This document shows, piece after piece, positions 32,459 to 42,507 of a stretch of DNA of 64,000 nt. The notes under the pieces are model-generated. The model saw only the letters and a list, made by a program, of their open reading frames with translations, was not told where the DNA came from and did no database searches. Position numbers and translations under genes: made by a program. Position 1 is the first letter of the stretch. Each line of letters begins with the position of its first letter. The stretch comes from an uncultured Candidatus Saccharibacteria bacterium (lineage in GTDB: Bacteria; Patescibacteriota; WWE3; 2-01-FULL-39-13), in NCBI GenBank assembly GCA_964370865.1, contig CAYJKF010000005.1:35281-99280 (forward strand), written 5' to 3'.

Positions 32459-34683
32459 TGAAAGATCAACACATATTTGATTTACTTTCGGATGAGAGTA
32501 AACAGATAATTAGAAAATTAAATCCATCAAAAAAGAATTTACGAGTATTGCCTGCAAATGAGGTTTTAAAAGCGTTAATGCGAAATGACAACGTTGTTAA
32601 AGAATTACTCAATAGTGCAGAAGTAGGCGAATATAAGGCTAAAAAAATCCAAATAAGTGATTGGCTAAATTTTGCTTACCACGAGTCCTATTTAAATGGA
32701 TTTGAATCAATTGAAAAATTCCACCTAGTTTTTTCTTATCTTTTGCTTGTTGATATAGAAAAATATTATCAAGCAAAGAAATTAGTCCTCTCCAAGGCTG
32801 GTTTTGATGTCGATATCTCCGAGCAGTCCTTTATTCAAGATTTAACAGAAGTAGCAAAAAAATTGGCACATCCATATGTAGGAAGAGAGAAGGAGATGAC
32901 TAAATTAATAGTTAATCTATCTTCTCAAAACGAAGATAGGCCAACCTTATTACTCGGTGAAAGCGGAACCGGTAAAACCGGAATGATGCTTGAGCTAGCA
33001 AAAAGAATTAATATCGGGCAAGTTCCATCTGTTTTACTTGGAACTAGAGTATTACGAGTACGTTTTGGTGCTATGGTGAATTCGTTCTCACCCGAAAAGC
33101 CTAATTTACAGGGTGATTTCTTTTCTAGACTTTTCACCGAGATTTTTTCAAATTCCAAATACAGAGGAAATGTAATTTTATTCCTAGATGATTTAAGAAT
33201 TGGGACTAATTTCTTTATTACTTTTGGTCCAATAAATAAAAGAGCTGGTATTTCGGTAGTTGGTGCAGCTCAAAACGATATTAACGAAAAATTCTGGGAA
33301 AGTCCGCTATCCAAATCATGGAATATTATAACGATGGAGGAACAATCAGACGAGGAATACTACACAATCCTTAGACAATACGCCGATCAAATAGAGGACG
33401 CTGGTAATTCAAAGTTTTCTAATGAAGTTATACATAAAATCATACAACTTTATAAAAGCGATCTAATTTTAGAAGGAATGCCTGGTGAAGGTATCAAATT
33501 ACTTGAGCAATTGGCTATCTATAAAAGGCACAAAGCATACGATTATTCAGGATTATCTGGAAAAATCCAAGATTTAAAAAATTCTCCAAAAACCAGGATT
33601 GCTCAAGAAGGCGCAATGCTTGAAGAAAAAATCGTAGAAATGGAAAATTTCAAAATCGTAATCGAGCCCAAGGACCTAATGGAATATGTGGATACTGGCG
33701 AAGGCGACAGAAACATTGTTAATTTAACGATAGATAAGAAGAAGATTTCAGATATTGAATCAAATATTAAGAAGTTGATAATCGGACAAAACGAAGCAAT
33801 AGAAGCTTTGGTTCGGGCTCTAAGGATTTCATCTCTAAAATTATCAAGCGATTATCGCCCTATTGGTACATTTTTGTTCCTTGGCCCAACTGGAGTGGGT
33901 AAGTCTGAAACGGCCAAAATACTTGCACGAACGCTATTTAATAACGGTGAAAAAACAAGAAAAATGCCTACCAATTTTTTGCGAATAGACATGACAGAAT
34001 TTAGTGAAAAACATTCAGTATCAAGGCTTTTTGGAGCTCCTCCAGGATATATTGGGTACGACGACAGCACTTCTCTTGCAGATTTTTTGATATTAAATCC
34101 CAGCTCAATTGTGTTGTTTGACGAAATAGAAAAAGCTGACCCAAATGTTATAAATTCATTACTTCATGTAATGGACGAAGGGGAAATCCGAAATAATAAA
34201 GCAGAAATCGCTTCACTTGAAGACTGCATCATCATAATGACAAGTAATTTAGGCGCCGAACTTATTAACCAGCAGAATTTTGGTTATCTAAGCAAGAAAA
34301 ATGATGATTGGAAAGCTAAACTAACCGAAAATCTAAAGCATAAACTTAAGCCAGAATTCCTCAATCGTTTTGATGAGATTATCGTATTTAACAAACTTGA
34401 TAAAGCTTCAGTTGAAATAATTGCAAATCAAAATCTAGATATTTTAATCAAAAAGTTAAAAGAAATTAATGTCGATTTAACAATTAATAAAAAAAGTTTT
34501 GATAAGCTAATTTCCGAAGCTAATAGCGAAGAATATGGGGCAAGAGAGATAAGAAGAGTTATTCGAAAAGAAATTACAGATAATATATCTAAGCTTCTTT
34601 TAGAAAATTCTGATATAAAGGAGATACAGGTAACCTCTGTAAATCCGTGGAAAATTAAAACAAGTAATGGCAAAAGCAAATAA
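32458..34683 (+). CDS. Hsp100/Clp-family double-AAA+ ATPase (ClpC/ClpB-like) lacking a canonical Clp_N domain.
   Basis: D1 Walker A GESGTGKTG with Walker B ILFLDDL (DD in place of the usual DE). D2 Walker A GPTGVGKSETAK and Walker B LFDEIEKA. A GAPPGYIGYDD signature. Confidence 0.7.
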   Translation: MKDQHIFDLLSDESKQIIRKLNPSKKNLRVLPANEVLKALMRNDNVVKELLNSAEVGEYKAKKIQISDWLNFAYHESYLNGFESIEKFHLVFSYLLLVDIEKYYQAKKLVLSKAGFDVDISEQSFIQDLTEVAKKLAHPYVGREKEMTKLIVNLSSQNEDRPTLLLGESGTGKTGMMLELAKRINIGQVPSVLLGTRVLRVRFGAMVNSFSPEKPNLQGDFFSRLFTEIFSNSKYRGNVILFLDDLRIGTNFFITFGPINKRAGISVVGAAQNDINEKFWESPLSKSWNIITMEEQSDEEYYTILRQYADQIEDAGNSKFSNEVIHKIIQLYKSDLILEGMPGEGIKLLEQLAIYKRHKAYDYSGLSGKIQDLKNSPKTRIAQEGAMLEEKIVEMENFKIVIEPKDLMEYVDTGEGDRNIVNLTIDKKKISDIESNIKKLIIGQNEAIEALVRALRISSLKLSSDYRPIGTFLFLGPTGVGKSETAKILARTLFNNGEKTRKMPTNFLRIDMTEFSEKHSVSRLFGAPPGYIGYDDSTSLADFLILNPSSIVLFDEIEKADPNVINSLLHVMDEGEIRNNKAEIASLEDCIIIMTSNLGAELINQQNFGYLSKKNDDWKAKLTENLKHKLKPEFLNRFDEIIVFNKLDKASVEIIANQNLDILIKKLKEINVDLTINKKSFDKLISEANSEEYGAREIRRVIRKEITDNISKLLLENSDIKEIQVTSVNPWKIKTSNGKSK

Positions 34684-35974
34684 AACTATTTTTGTATGTT
34701 CTGAATGTGGAAACGAGTATTCAACCTGGCAAGGACAATGCCGAGCGTGTGGCGCATGGAATTCACTCTATCAAGCAAAAACATCAAGCGTTTCAATCAA
34801 AAATGAACCAAGAGCTAACAAAAAACCTCTTAAACTCAGTCAAATTGATACTTCCCTTGCATCTAGAATTAAAACAGGAATCTCCGAATTAGATAACGTA
34901 CTAAATGGCGGAATCGTTCCAGGCCAGGTAATCCTATTGGCTGGTAATCCCGGAATAGGTAAATCAACACTCCTTTTACAAATAGCCGATAAAATCGAAG
35001 GGGACGTTTTATATGCTTCAGGTGAAGAATCGGAGTCTCAGGTAGCCCTTAGGGCAGAACGGCTCAATATAAAAAATCCGAGATTAGATATTTTATCTAC
35101 AGGTTCAATCAATACGATACTCGACGCTGTTGATAAAAAAATGTTAATAGTTGACTCTATCCAAACCGTATACGTTGATGATGTTGAATCATCAGCGGGG
35201 TCAGTTACTCAAATTAGAGAGTCGGCTTTCAAACTTATCGAATATGCCAAAGCAAATGATATACCAGTTGTTCTAGTTGGTCATATTACAAAAGAAGGTA
35301 ATATTGCAGGACCAAAACTTCTAGAACATATGGTGGATACTGTTTTGTATTTGGAAGGAGACAAGCAACACGTTTTTAGACTTTTGCGTGTTAGAAAGAA
35401 TCGATTTGGTGATGATTCCGAAGTAGGAATATTTGAAATGACTAATGATGGATTAATTGGAGTAGAAGATCCGTCAAAATTACTTAAAGGTGGCGAACAT
35501 GACTATTCGGGATCGAGTACATCGGTGGCTATGGAAGGAAACCGTCCAATCGCAATTGAAGTACAAGCCCTTGTTACAAAATCACAGTTTGGCTATGCAA
35601 AAAGGGCTGTAAATGGCTTTAGTCTCAACAAATTACAACTATTATGTGCGGTGATTCAAAAGAGGACTGGTATAAATATTTTAGATCAGGATGTGTTTGT
35701 GAATATTGCATCTGGTATGCAAATTAAAGAGCCAGGCATTGATTTGGCTGTTACGACGGCTATTATTTCTAGCTATTTAGACAAGAAGGTCAGTGCAAAT
35801 ATTTGTTTCTTTGGTGAAGTTGGACTCGCTGGGGATATACGAAAGGTATACGCCCATGAAAAGCGAATTAAAGAAGCAAAAAAATTAGGTTTTAAGAAAA
35901 TTTATACATCGGAAAATTTAAAAAATGTCTCAGATCTTTTCAACAAGATTAAAAACGATAAAATAAGCCTTTAA
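34667..35974 (+). CDS. radA: DNA repair protein RadA/Sms.
   Basis: An N-terminal C4 zinc finger (CSECGNEYSTWQGQCRACGAW). A RecA-like Walker A GNPGIGKST. A KNRFG motif. A Lon-protease-like C-terminal domain. 17-nt overlap with the upstream gene. Confidence 0.9.
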   Translation: MAKANKTIFVCSECGNEYSTWQGQCRACGAWNSLYQAKTSSVSIKNEPRANKKPLKLSQIDTSLASRIKTGISELDNVLNGGIVPGQVILLAGNPGIGKSTLLLQIADKIEGDVLYASGEESESQVALRAERLNIKNPRLDILSTGSINTILDAVDKKMLIVDSIQTVYVDDVESSAGSVTQIRESAFKLIEYAKANDIPVVLVGHITKEGNIAGPKLLEHMVDTVLYLEGDKQHVFRLLRVRKNRFGDDSEVGIFEMTNDGLIGVEDPSKLLKGGEHDYSGSSTSVAMEGNRPIAIEVQALVTKSQFGYAKRAVNGFSLNKLQLLCAVIQKRTGINILDQDVFVNIASGMQIKEPGIDLAVTTAIISSYLDKKVSANICFFGEVGLAGDIRKVYAHEKRIKEAKKLGFKKIYTSENLKNVSDLFNKIKNDKISL

Positions 35975-36043
35975 ATAAAAAAAGTCCTCATTAAATAAGC
36001 ATATTACTGATATAATTTACACAGTAAAAATTTAACAAATAAC

Positions 36044-37015
36044 TTGTCTAACGATCAGAAAATCATCATATTCTTTAAAAACAATGCCAGGCTAATTTGG
36101 GCTACGCTATTGGCAATTGCCAGTTTACTAATATCTAGATATATCTACTTCATTCGTTATCCGTTTTTTCAATATGCATTTGCAGGTGAAATCATTTTTG
36201 CAATATTAATATTCTTCTTTACATACTATTTGGGGCGTACGGTTGCGTTGTCAATAAGTCATTGGTTTGAGAAAGTTATAGTCGATTCATTTAGAAAAGT
36301 TATAAACGAGGTTTGGGCATATCAAACCAGCCGAATGGTTGAAGAAATAAATAAAGATAAGGTTAACTCTAAAGCAAAAAAGAATCATAACGAGAATGCC
36401 GAGGACACCTATTCTAGTCTCTCTATGGCTATTATTCTTGATACTTCTGCCATTATAGACGGTAGAATTTTAGGAGTTATTAAATCCGGCTTCTTGGATA
36501 ATATGATCCTAGTTCCACAAAACGTAATCAATGAATTGCAATTTATGGCGGATAAAAGTAATAAGTTAAAAAGAGATAAAGGTAGAAGAGGTTTAGATGT
36601 ACTAAAAGAAATCCGCAAAATTATGGGAAAGAAAAAATTCAAAATACTTGAGATTGAAACAAAAGCTGACGAAGTTGATCAATCTCTGGTGGAATTTTCT
36701 AAAAAGCATGGTACTAAAATTGCTACGGTTGATTTCAATTTAAATAAAGCAGCTCAAATTGCAGGTGTAGTCGTCATAAACATAAACGAATTAGCTAACG
36801 AAATTAAACTTAATGTCTTACCGGGTGAATTAATGCATGTAAAACTTGTTCAAGAAGGAAAAGAGAATGGCCAAGCAGTTGGTTATCTTGAAGATGGAAC
36901 AATGATAGTTGTTCGAGAAGGCGCAACACACGTAGGAGAAGAGCTTGAAGTCGCAATCGATAAAGTATTACAAACCAATGCAGGAAGAATGATTTTTGCT
37001 TCCGTTCCCAATTAA
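36044..37015 (+). CDS. PIN and TRAM domain membrane protein (YacL-like).
   Basis: N-terminal TM helices. A PIN-like domain (ILDTSAIIDGRI with a conserved Asp). A C-terminal TRAM-like beta-barrel. Sits downstream of radA as in the Firmicutes radA-yacL arrangement. Confidence 0.6.
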   Translation: MSNDQKIIIFFKNNARLIWATLLAIASLLISRYIYFIRYPFFQYAFAGEIIFAILIFFFTYYLGRTVALSISHWFEKVIVDSFRKVINEVWAYQTSRMVEEINKDKVNSKAKKNHNENAEDTYSSLSMAIILDTSAIIDGRILGVIKSGFLDNMILVPQNVINELQFMADKSNKLKRDKGRRGLDVLKEIRKIMGKKKFKILEIETKADEVDQSLVEFSKKHGTKIATVDFNLNKAAQIAGVVVININELANEIKLNVLPGELMHVKLVQEGKENGQAVGYLEDGTMIVVREGATHVGEELEVAIDKVLQTNAGRMIFASVPN

Positions 37016-37087
37016 TGAGGTATGTAACTCAATTAATCAGGCAGATATCGTAAGCCTAAATTCTTTTTTAAAAATATAACGTATATC

Positions 37088-37184
37088 AGGGTAGAAAGTC
37101 CTTAGTGTAGTAGAAAAGAAAAACCGGGCTTGTCTATACGTATATGCGAATAGACGGGCCCGGCCAAATAGATAAGTTCTACCC
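37088..37184 (+). ncRNA. Candidate structured RNA element (nested GC-rich helices) in the long rho 5' leader. Type and strand are uncertain.
   Basis: An outer helix GGGTAGAA ... TTCTACCC enclosing CCGGGC-tt-GTCTAT-(12-nt loop)-ATAGAC-g-GGCCCGG. A further GGTAG/CTACC pair just downstream. Confidence 0.25.
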
Positions 37185-37555
37185 CCAGGACAGGGTAGGG
37201 GGCAGGATTTCTATACACTTACTTTTATTTCATCTACCCTAACAAGTCAATAGACAGAGACATGAAAACCATACTCAGTTACCGCTATGGGATAAAAGAG
37301 TAAATTTTGGGCGAGTAAATAAGGTGTCCATCGGCTGTTTAGGCTGATACTAAGGCATTTTGTATTTTCGTCATATTTCCAAAGATATGAAACGAATTCC
37401 TTAAAACATTTAGTCAGAGGGAGTTTTTTAAGTGTGAAGTAGGTCCATATTTACAATATTGATTGTTGATATGGTTATGTTACAATCATTCCTGTAATAT
37501 AAACTCCAGTTAAGTTACATAATAGCTTAACCAGTTAGAAGTAAACATCAATCTT

Positions 37556-38875
37556 ATGCCAGTTTCAAGAAAAGAATTAAAGAATAATGATGACCAAGTT
37601 GATTTCACGGAGATGACTTCGGCCGCTTCATCAGACACCACTCCTTCAACAGGTGTTGTAAATGGTAGTGGTATACCAGCCGCAACTACACCAGTTGTTA
37701 ATAATCCTGAAGATCGTATTGAATACCGTGCACATGATAGTAGACACCAACAGGACGATACGTACAAAGTAGAAGGGATTTTGGAAATAAAGGGTGAATA
37801 CGGCATTTTAAGACAAAAACAAGATCCTAATTCCGTAGATTTACCAAAAGACGTATACATCGCACTAACTCAAATAAACAAATTCGGTTTAAGAAAAGCC
37901 GACAAAATTGAAGGTATCGCAAGAGCTCCTAAAGATAATGAGAGATATTTGTCTTTATTGAGAGTAGACAAAGTCGAAGGAATCGATGCAAAAGAAGCTA
38001 GAAATAGACCTAGGTTTGAGAAGTTAACGCCAATATTTCCAAATGAAAGAATTAAATTAGAAACAACGGGGGATGTTGTTTCAACAAGATTAATCGACAT
38101 CTTAAGTCCAATCGGAAAGGGACAAAGAGGAATGTTAGTCGCTCCTCCAAAAGCTGGTAAAACTTGGTTGTTAACCGAAGTCGCCGGTGGAATTGCTCAT
38201 AATCATCCTGAAATTTCTATCATGGTTGTACTTATTGGTGAGAGACCAGAAGAAGTTACACATATTCAAAGAGAAGTTAAAGGTGAAGTTTGGGCAAGTA
38301 ACTTTGATGAATCTGCTCAAGAACAAGTTGTTGTAGCCGAGAACGCCTTAGAAAAAGCAAAAAGATTAGCTGAAAAAGGTGGAGATGTAGTTATCCTTAT
38401 GGACTCAATTACGAGATTAGCTAGAGCTTACAATATGGTCGAACCACCTAGTGGTAGAACACTAACGGGAGGATTTGACCCAGCAGCATTATATCCACCA
38501 AAAAGATTTTTTGGTGCCGCTAGAAATTTCGAAGAAGGTGGATCATTAACAATAATCGCTACAGCTTTGATTGACACCGGAAGTAGAATGGATGACGTTA
38601 TTTTCGAAGAGTTTAAAGGTACGGGTAATATGGAGTTAATTCTAGATCGTGCTTTATCTGAAAGAAGAATTTATCCTTCAATCGACGTAAAGAGATCAAT
38701 GACTCGACATGATGAGCTTTTATATACCAAAAAAGAAGCGGAGAAAGTAATGACCTTAAGAAGAATGATAGATTTATTAGACGAAAAAGAAGCTACTCAA
38801 ATTGTCGTAGAAAGAATCAAAAAAACAAAATCTAACGATGAGTTTTTAGACACCCTCTCAAGCGGAAAAATTTAA
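37556..38875 (+). CDS. rho: Transcription termination factor Rho with a low-complexity N-terminal extension.
   Basis: An RNA-binding OB region. Walker [13 protein letters not shown]-loop/R-loop region. Standard overall Rho architecture after about 90 aa of S/T/P-rich extension. Confidence 0.9.
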   Translation: MPVSRKELKNNDDQVDFTEMTSAASSDTTPSTGVVNGSGIPAATTPVVNNPEDRIEYRAHDSRHQQDDTYKVEGILEIKGEYGILRQKQDPNSVDLPKDVYIALTQINKFGLRKADKIEGIARAPKDNERYLSLLRVDKVEGIDAKEARNRPRFEKLTPIFPNERIKLETTGDVVSTRLIDILSPIGKGQRGMLVAPPKAGKTWLLTEVAGGIAHNHPEISIMVVLIGERPEEVTHIQREVKGEVWASNFDESAQEQVVVAENALEKAKRLAEKGGDVVILMDSITRLARAYNMVEPPSGRTLTGGFDPAALYPPKRFFGAARNFEEGGSLTIIATALIDTGSRMDDVIFEEFKGTGNMELILDRALSERRIYPSIDVKRSMTRHDELLYTKKEAEKVMTLRRMIDLLDEKEATQIVVERIKKTKSNDEFLDTLSSGKI

Positions 38876-38938
38876 TTCCAATTTACCTTAACGTTGTTGA
38901 TTTGTTAGAATCGCAGTGGTTAACGGAAAATTTCAATC

Positions 38939-40120
38939 ATGAACATAATAACTAATTTTTTGAGAAAGATTAAAGAACTCCCGGGCAATGTATTAAATTC
39001 TATTGAAGAGATAGGTGGTTTTGTTATAGCCGCATTTGAATATTTCATATACCGAATTGATACAACGCTTAACGCACTTAAACAACTTACAGTTACAAAT
39101 TTAAACCTCTACAGAATACTTAAATTCAAAGTCGTGGGAACATTAATTTGGTCACAGGGCAAAGTCGGCTTACGTATTAGAAACCTATTTATCCTATTCT
39201 TTATATGTTTTGTGTTTATTTTAGGAGGTATTTTTCAGGATAGATTTGTTGAAATTAGTGGAACCGATGAATTGTCTTTTCTTAATACTGATTCAATTTT
39301 AATTGCCAAAGCGAGTGCCTCAACACAAGAAAGTGATACTAGATTGCTTGATAGTCCCTTAGAGCATACCGTGGGGGAAAACGAGTCATTAAGTGATATT
39401 GGTATGAAATATGGGATTACCATTGAATCAATAAAATTTGCCAATAATTTAGTAAAAAGTGAAGTTGCAGCTGGTACAGTATTAAAGATTCCTCCAGTTG
39501 AGGGAACTTTACATCAGGTTAAAGCGGATACTTCTGGAAATCCAGAGACAATTGAGAGTTTAGCCAGAAGGTACCGTGTACCTACACAAACCATAGTTGA
39601 TTTTAACTATTTAGATGTTCCATATACACTAACTGTTGGCCAATTCATAACTATTCCTAAAGCCGAAATCCCAAGCAATCAAAGATATTATGCTGGAACG
39701 CCAGTTTACGATACATCTGCGTACGGAATAATTCCAACAACTAAAACTGGTGGAACTGGAGGCGGTAAATTTAATTGGCCACTATCTGGAATTCTTACAC
39801 AAGGTTTTAGTAGCTATCATCCAGCAATTGATATAGCTAATAGAACAGGAGATATCTTAGCTGGGGATAAAGGAACAGTTGTTAGATCTGGTTGGTGGCA
39901 AGGAGGCTATGGTAATGCTGTTCAAATAGACCATGGTAACGGTTATGTAACTACATACGCACATATGAGTAGTATTAGCGTTTCTGTAGGCGACGAAGTT
40001 TCACAAGGACAAAAATTAGGAGTTGTTGGTTCTACTGGTAGATCAACTGGTCCTCATTTACACTTTACCATCCAGTTTGATGGAAAATACATTTCACCAA
40101 TGGATTTATTGCCACGCTAA
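38939..40120 (+). CDS. LysM-domain M23 family peptidoglycan endopeptidase.
   Basis: Two LysM repeats (HTVGENESLSDIGMKYGI; HQVKADTSGNPETIESLARRY). M23 motifs HPAIDIA (HxxxD) and GPHLHF (HxH). An N-terminal TM anchor. Confidence 0.8.
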   Translation: MNIITNFLRKIKELPGNVLNSIEEIGGFVIAAFEYFIYRIDTTLNALKQLTVTNLNLYRILKFKVVGTLIWSQGKVGLRIRNLFILFFICFVFILGGIFQDRFVEISGTDELSFLNTDSILIAKASASTQESDTRLLDSPLEHTVGENESLSDIGMKYGITIESIKFANNLVKSEVAAGTVLKIPPVEGTLHQVKADTSGNPETIESLARRYRVPTQTIVDFNYLDVPYTLTVGQFITIPKAEIPSNQRYYAGTPVYDTSAYGIIPTTKTGGTGGGKFNWPLSGILTQGFSSYHPAIDIANRTGDILAGDKGTVVRSGWWQGGYGNAVQIDHGNGYVTTYAHMSSISVSVGDEVSQGQKLGVVGSTGRSTGPHLHFTIQFDGKYISPMDLLPR

Positions 40121-40142
40121 AATAAATACTTATTTTATTGGG

Positions 40143-40171
40143 TTGCAAAAAGTGTATGCATTTTGCATAAT
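40143..40171 (+). promoter_or_regulatory. Candidate promoter (TTGCAA, 17-nt spacer, CATAAT) upstream of the 757-aa membrane protein gene.
   Basis: The spacing and boxes fit sigma70. Overlaps a TGCAAAA/TTTTGCA inverted repeat. Confidence 0.35.
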
Positions 40172-40179
40172 CAATAAAT

Positions 40180-42453
40180 ATGCAAACTATACTTTCTGAA
40201 AATAACTCAGCCTCGAATGTTTATGTTGAAGAAGATAAGAAAAGATTAACTCCGACACAAGTCATAGAATTTTTATATGTTTCACTTTTATTTTTATTAC
40301 CATTTTTCTTTTTACCAATTACAAATGATTTTCTAGTTTTAAATAAGACATTTTTAACCGTCTTTATTGCGGGTCTTTCATTAGCTTTATTTTTCTTTCA
40401 AGCATTTAGAAAAGGAAGTCTAACGATTAGAGGTTTTAAAGTGTATTTACCCTTTGTTTTATTGTTAGTTGCGGCATTAGCATCTACTTACTTCTCAACA
40501 GACAGATACACTTCGGTATTCGGTAGTTTTTATAACTACAACAACTCGATATTATTTTGGATTGCTTTAATCGTAATCGGATTTGTCGCTTCAAACGTTA
40601 GAATCCGTACATCAAAATTATTAACAGCATTAATGGCTGGTACGATAGTTACAACACTAGTGGCTTTATTCACACTATATGGTGGAAAACTCCCATTCTT
40701 AAGCAGAACAGTTTCTTCGAGCAATCTAGTTGGTACAAGCACAAACGCAATAGCTTTATTTATCCTAGTATCGCTACTTGCCTTTAATGAGTACTTAAAA
40801 ACGGACAATCATAAATTTTCTAAGGTAATTTCTTTAATCGCATTTGTTCTAACTTCAATCTATGTATTTAGCACAATGAATGTGCTAGCCATAGTAGTTT
40901 TAGTAGCTGGATTATTATATCTAGGTGTTACGAACTATGATTCAATTTCGCGAAATGTTGTTAAAGCAGCGATTCCATTAACAATTGTTGTAATAGTTTC
41001 TTTAATGAATTTAATTCCTTCAACTAGATCAATGATGGGACTTGCAACATACGCCGAGAGTCCTGCATTGAGTTTTAGTCAATCATGGTATGTTTCGGTT
41101 TCTGCTATTAGAAGTTATCCATACACTGGATCAGGTCTAGGAACATTTATGAATGATTTCTCACAAGCAAGACCAGAATCATTTAATAAAGAAACTTTTT
41201 GGAATGCCAGAATGAATGCCCCATATAATGATGTATTCATGTGGTTAGCCACAGCTGGTTTACTAGGTGTTCTTGCATATATATATTTTGGATTTGATTT
41301 ATTAAAGTCATCTTTTAGAGTTTTTAAAGAAAATCAAGGAAGCCGAAATGTAGCAATGGTAGCATTCTTATCATTTTTCCTTATGCTTCTATTTGGATCA
41401 AACATAGTTCTATACGTTGTATTGTTTGTTTGTTACGGATTATTGCTACAAGTTAGAAGTAGTAACGTAAATAATTTGGGATCTAAATTTTTACCATTAG
41501 GCTTAGCAATCGTAACTTTAGCCTTGTTTGGATATGTTGGATATAAAGCATCCATGGTGTATGCAGCCCAATATCATTACACAAAAGCATTGTTAAGTGG
41601 AACATTAAGTGAAAGATATAATGGCATCCTAAAAGCTGTTAATACCGAGCCATATGAAGATGTATATAGAAGAGACTTTGTTGGAATTAACTTACTAGTA
41701 GCTAGTGCTTTAAGCCGAAGTGAAAATCTGACCGATGAGCAAAAAGAGCAAATAGTTACAAGGGTAAAACTAGCATTGTTAAATGCCAATGCATTAGTTC
41801 AAAGAAGTCCAATGAGCGTTGCAAATTGGGAAGTCCGAGGAAACGCATTCAAATCTATTATCGGATTAGTAGAAGGAGCTGACACAGCTGCATTACAGTC
41901 ATATTCAAATGCAAGTAGGTTAGAAAAGACTAACCCAAGATTGTATGTTGAAATTGGTGGAATAGCATACAGAGCCAAGAACTACCAAGTTGCAGTAAAC
42001 AACTTCGCAACAGCGGTAGGTTACAAACCAGATTATGCAAATGGTCATTATAATCTAGCTCACGCATTAAAAGATGCAGGAGCATTTGCACAAGCTTATA
42101 CACAACTAGAGGTAGTTGCTAGATTAGTACCAAACGATAGCCCGGTTTATGAAAAAGTCTCAAAAGAATTAGAAGAGTTTAAGAAACTAAGAGACGATCA
42201 AGTTGCTGCAGAGCAGGCTAAGAAACTTGAGGTTCCAGCAGGTGCTGCGCCAACGGATGTAGAAAGAAAAACAAGATTGGATGAGGAACTAAAGAATACT
42301 CAAGAACCAACCGATACCGATGTTAAACCAACCGAAGGAGTAGAGATTCCAAAAGAAGAAGTTACAACTGGAATCACGCCAAATGCTGATGGATCAAATG
42401 TAAATGAAGAAGAAGGTGAGACTGAAGCTCCTTTAGCTAAACCAGCAGAATAA
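40180..42453 (+). CDS. Large polytopic membrane protein, O-antigen ligase/Wzy_C-like, with a C-terminal TPR-like region and an acidic tail.
   Basis: More than 10 TM helices with a large periplasmic loop. C-terminal TPR-like repeats (AYRAKNYQVAVNNFATAVGYKPDYANGHYNLAHALKDAG). Confidence 0.4.
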   Translation: MQTILSENNSASNVYVEEDKKRLTPTQVIEFLYVSLLFLLPFFFLPITNDFLVLNKTFLTVFIAGLSLALFFFQAFRKGSLTIRGFKVYLPFVLLLVAALASTYFSTDRYTSVFGSFYNYNNSILFWIALIVIGFVASNVRIRTSKLLTALMAGTIVTTLVALFTLYGGKLPFLSRTVSSSNLVGTSTNAIALFILVSLLAFNEYLKTDNHKFSKVISLIAFVLTSIYVFSTMNVLAIVVLVAGLLYLGVTNYDSISRNVVKAAIPLTIVVIVSLMNLIPSTRSMMGLATYAESPALSFSQSWYVSVSAIRSYPYTGSGLGTFMNDFSQARPESFNKETFWNARMNAPYNDVFMWLATAGLLGVLAYIYFGFDLLKSSFRVFKENQGSRNVAMVAFLSFFLMLLFGSNIVLYVVLFVCYGLLLQVRSSNVNNLGSKFLPLGLAIVTLALFGYVGYKASMVYAAQYHYTKALLSGTLSERYNGILKAVNTEPYEDVYRRDFVGINLLVASALSRSENLTDEQKEQIVTRVKLALLNANALVQRSPMSVANWEVRGNAFKSIIGLVEGADTAALQSYSNASRLEKTNPRLYVEIGGIAYRAKNYQVAVNNFATAVGYKPDYANGHYNLAHALKDAGAFAQAYTQLEVVARLVPNDSPVYEKVSKELEEFKKLRDDQVAAEQAKKLEVPAGAAPTDVERKTRLDEELKNTQEPTDTDVKPTEGVEIPKEEVTTGITPNADGSNVNEEEGETEAPLAKPAE

Positions 42454-42474
42454 TTGATTTAACTGAACTTAAAC

Positions 42475-42507
42475 AGAGAAGAGGCCTACTTTTTAGTAGG
42501 CTTCTCT
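42475..42507. terminator. Candidate bidirectional terminator hairpin between convergent genes.
   Basis: AGAGAA-gag-GCCTACT-tttt-AGTAGGC-TTCTCT, followed by TGTATTTT on the plus strand. Overlaps the last codons of obg. Confidence 0.45.

Noticed and set aside
37088-37300. RNase P RNA hypothesis for the GC-rich element upstream of rho.
   Set aside because: GAAAGTCC-like and CCGGGCTT-like stretches exist, but they are about 30 nt apart instead of at opposite ends of a molecule of about 350 nt. No P4-compatible complementarity was found.
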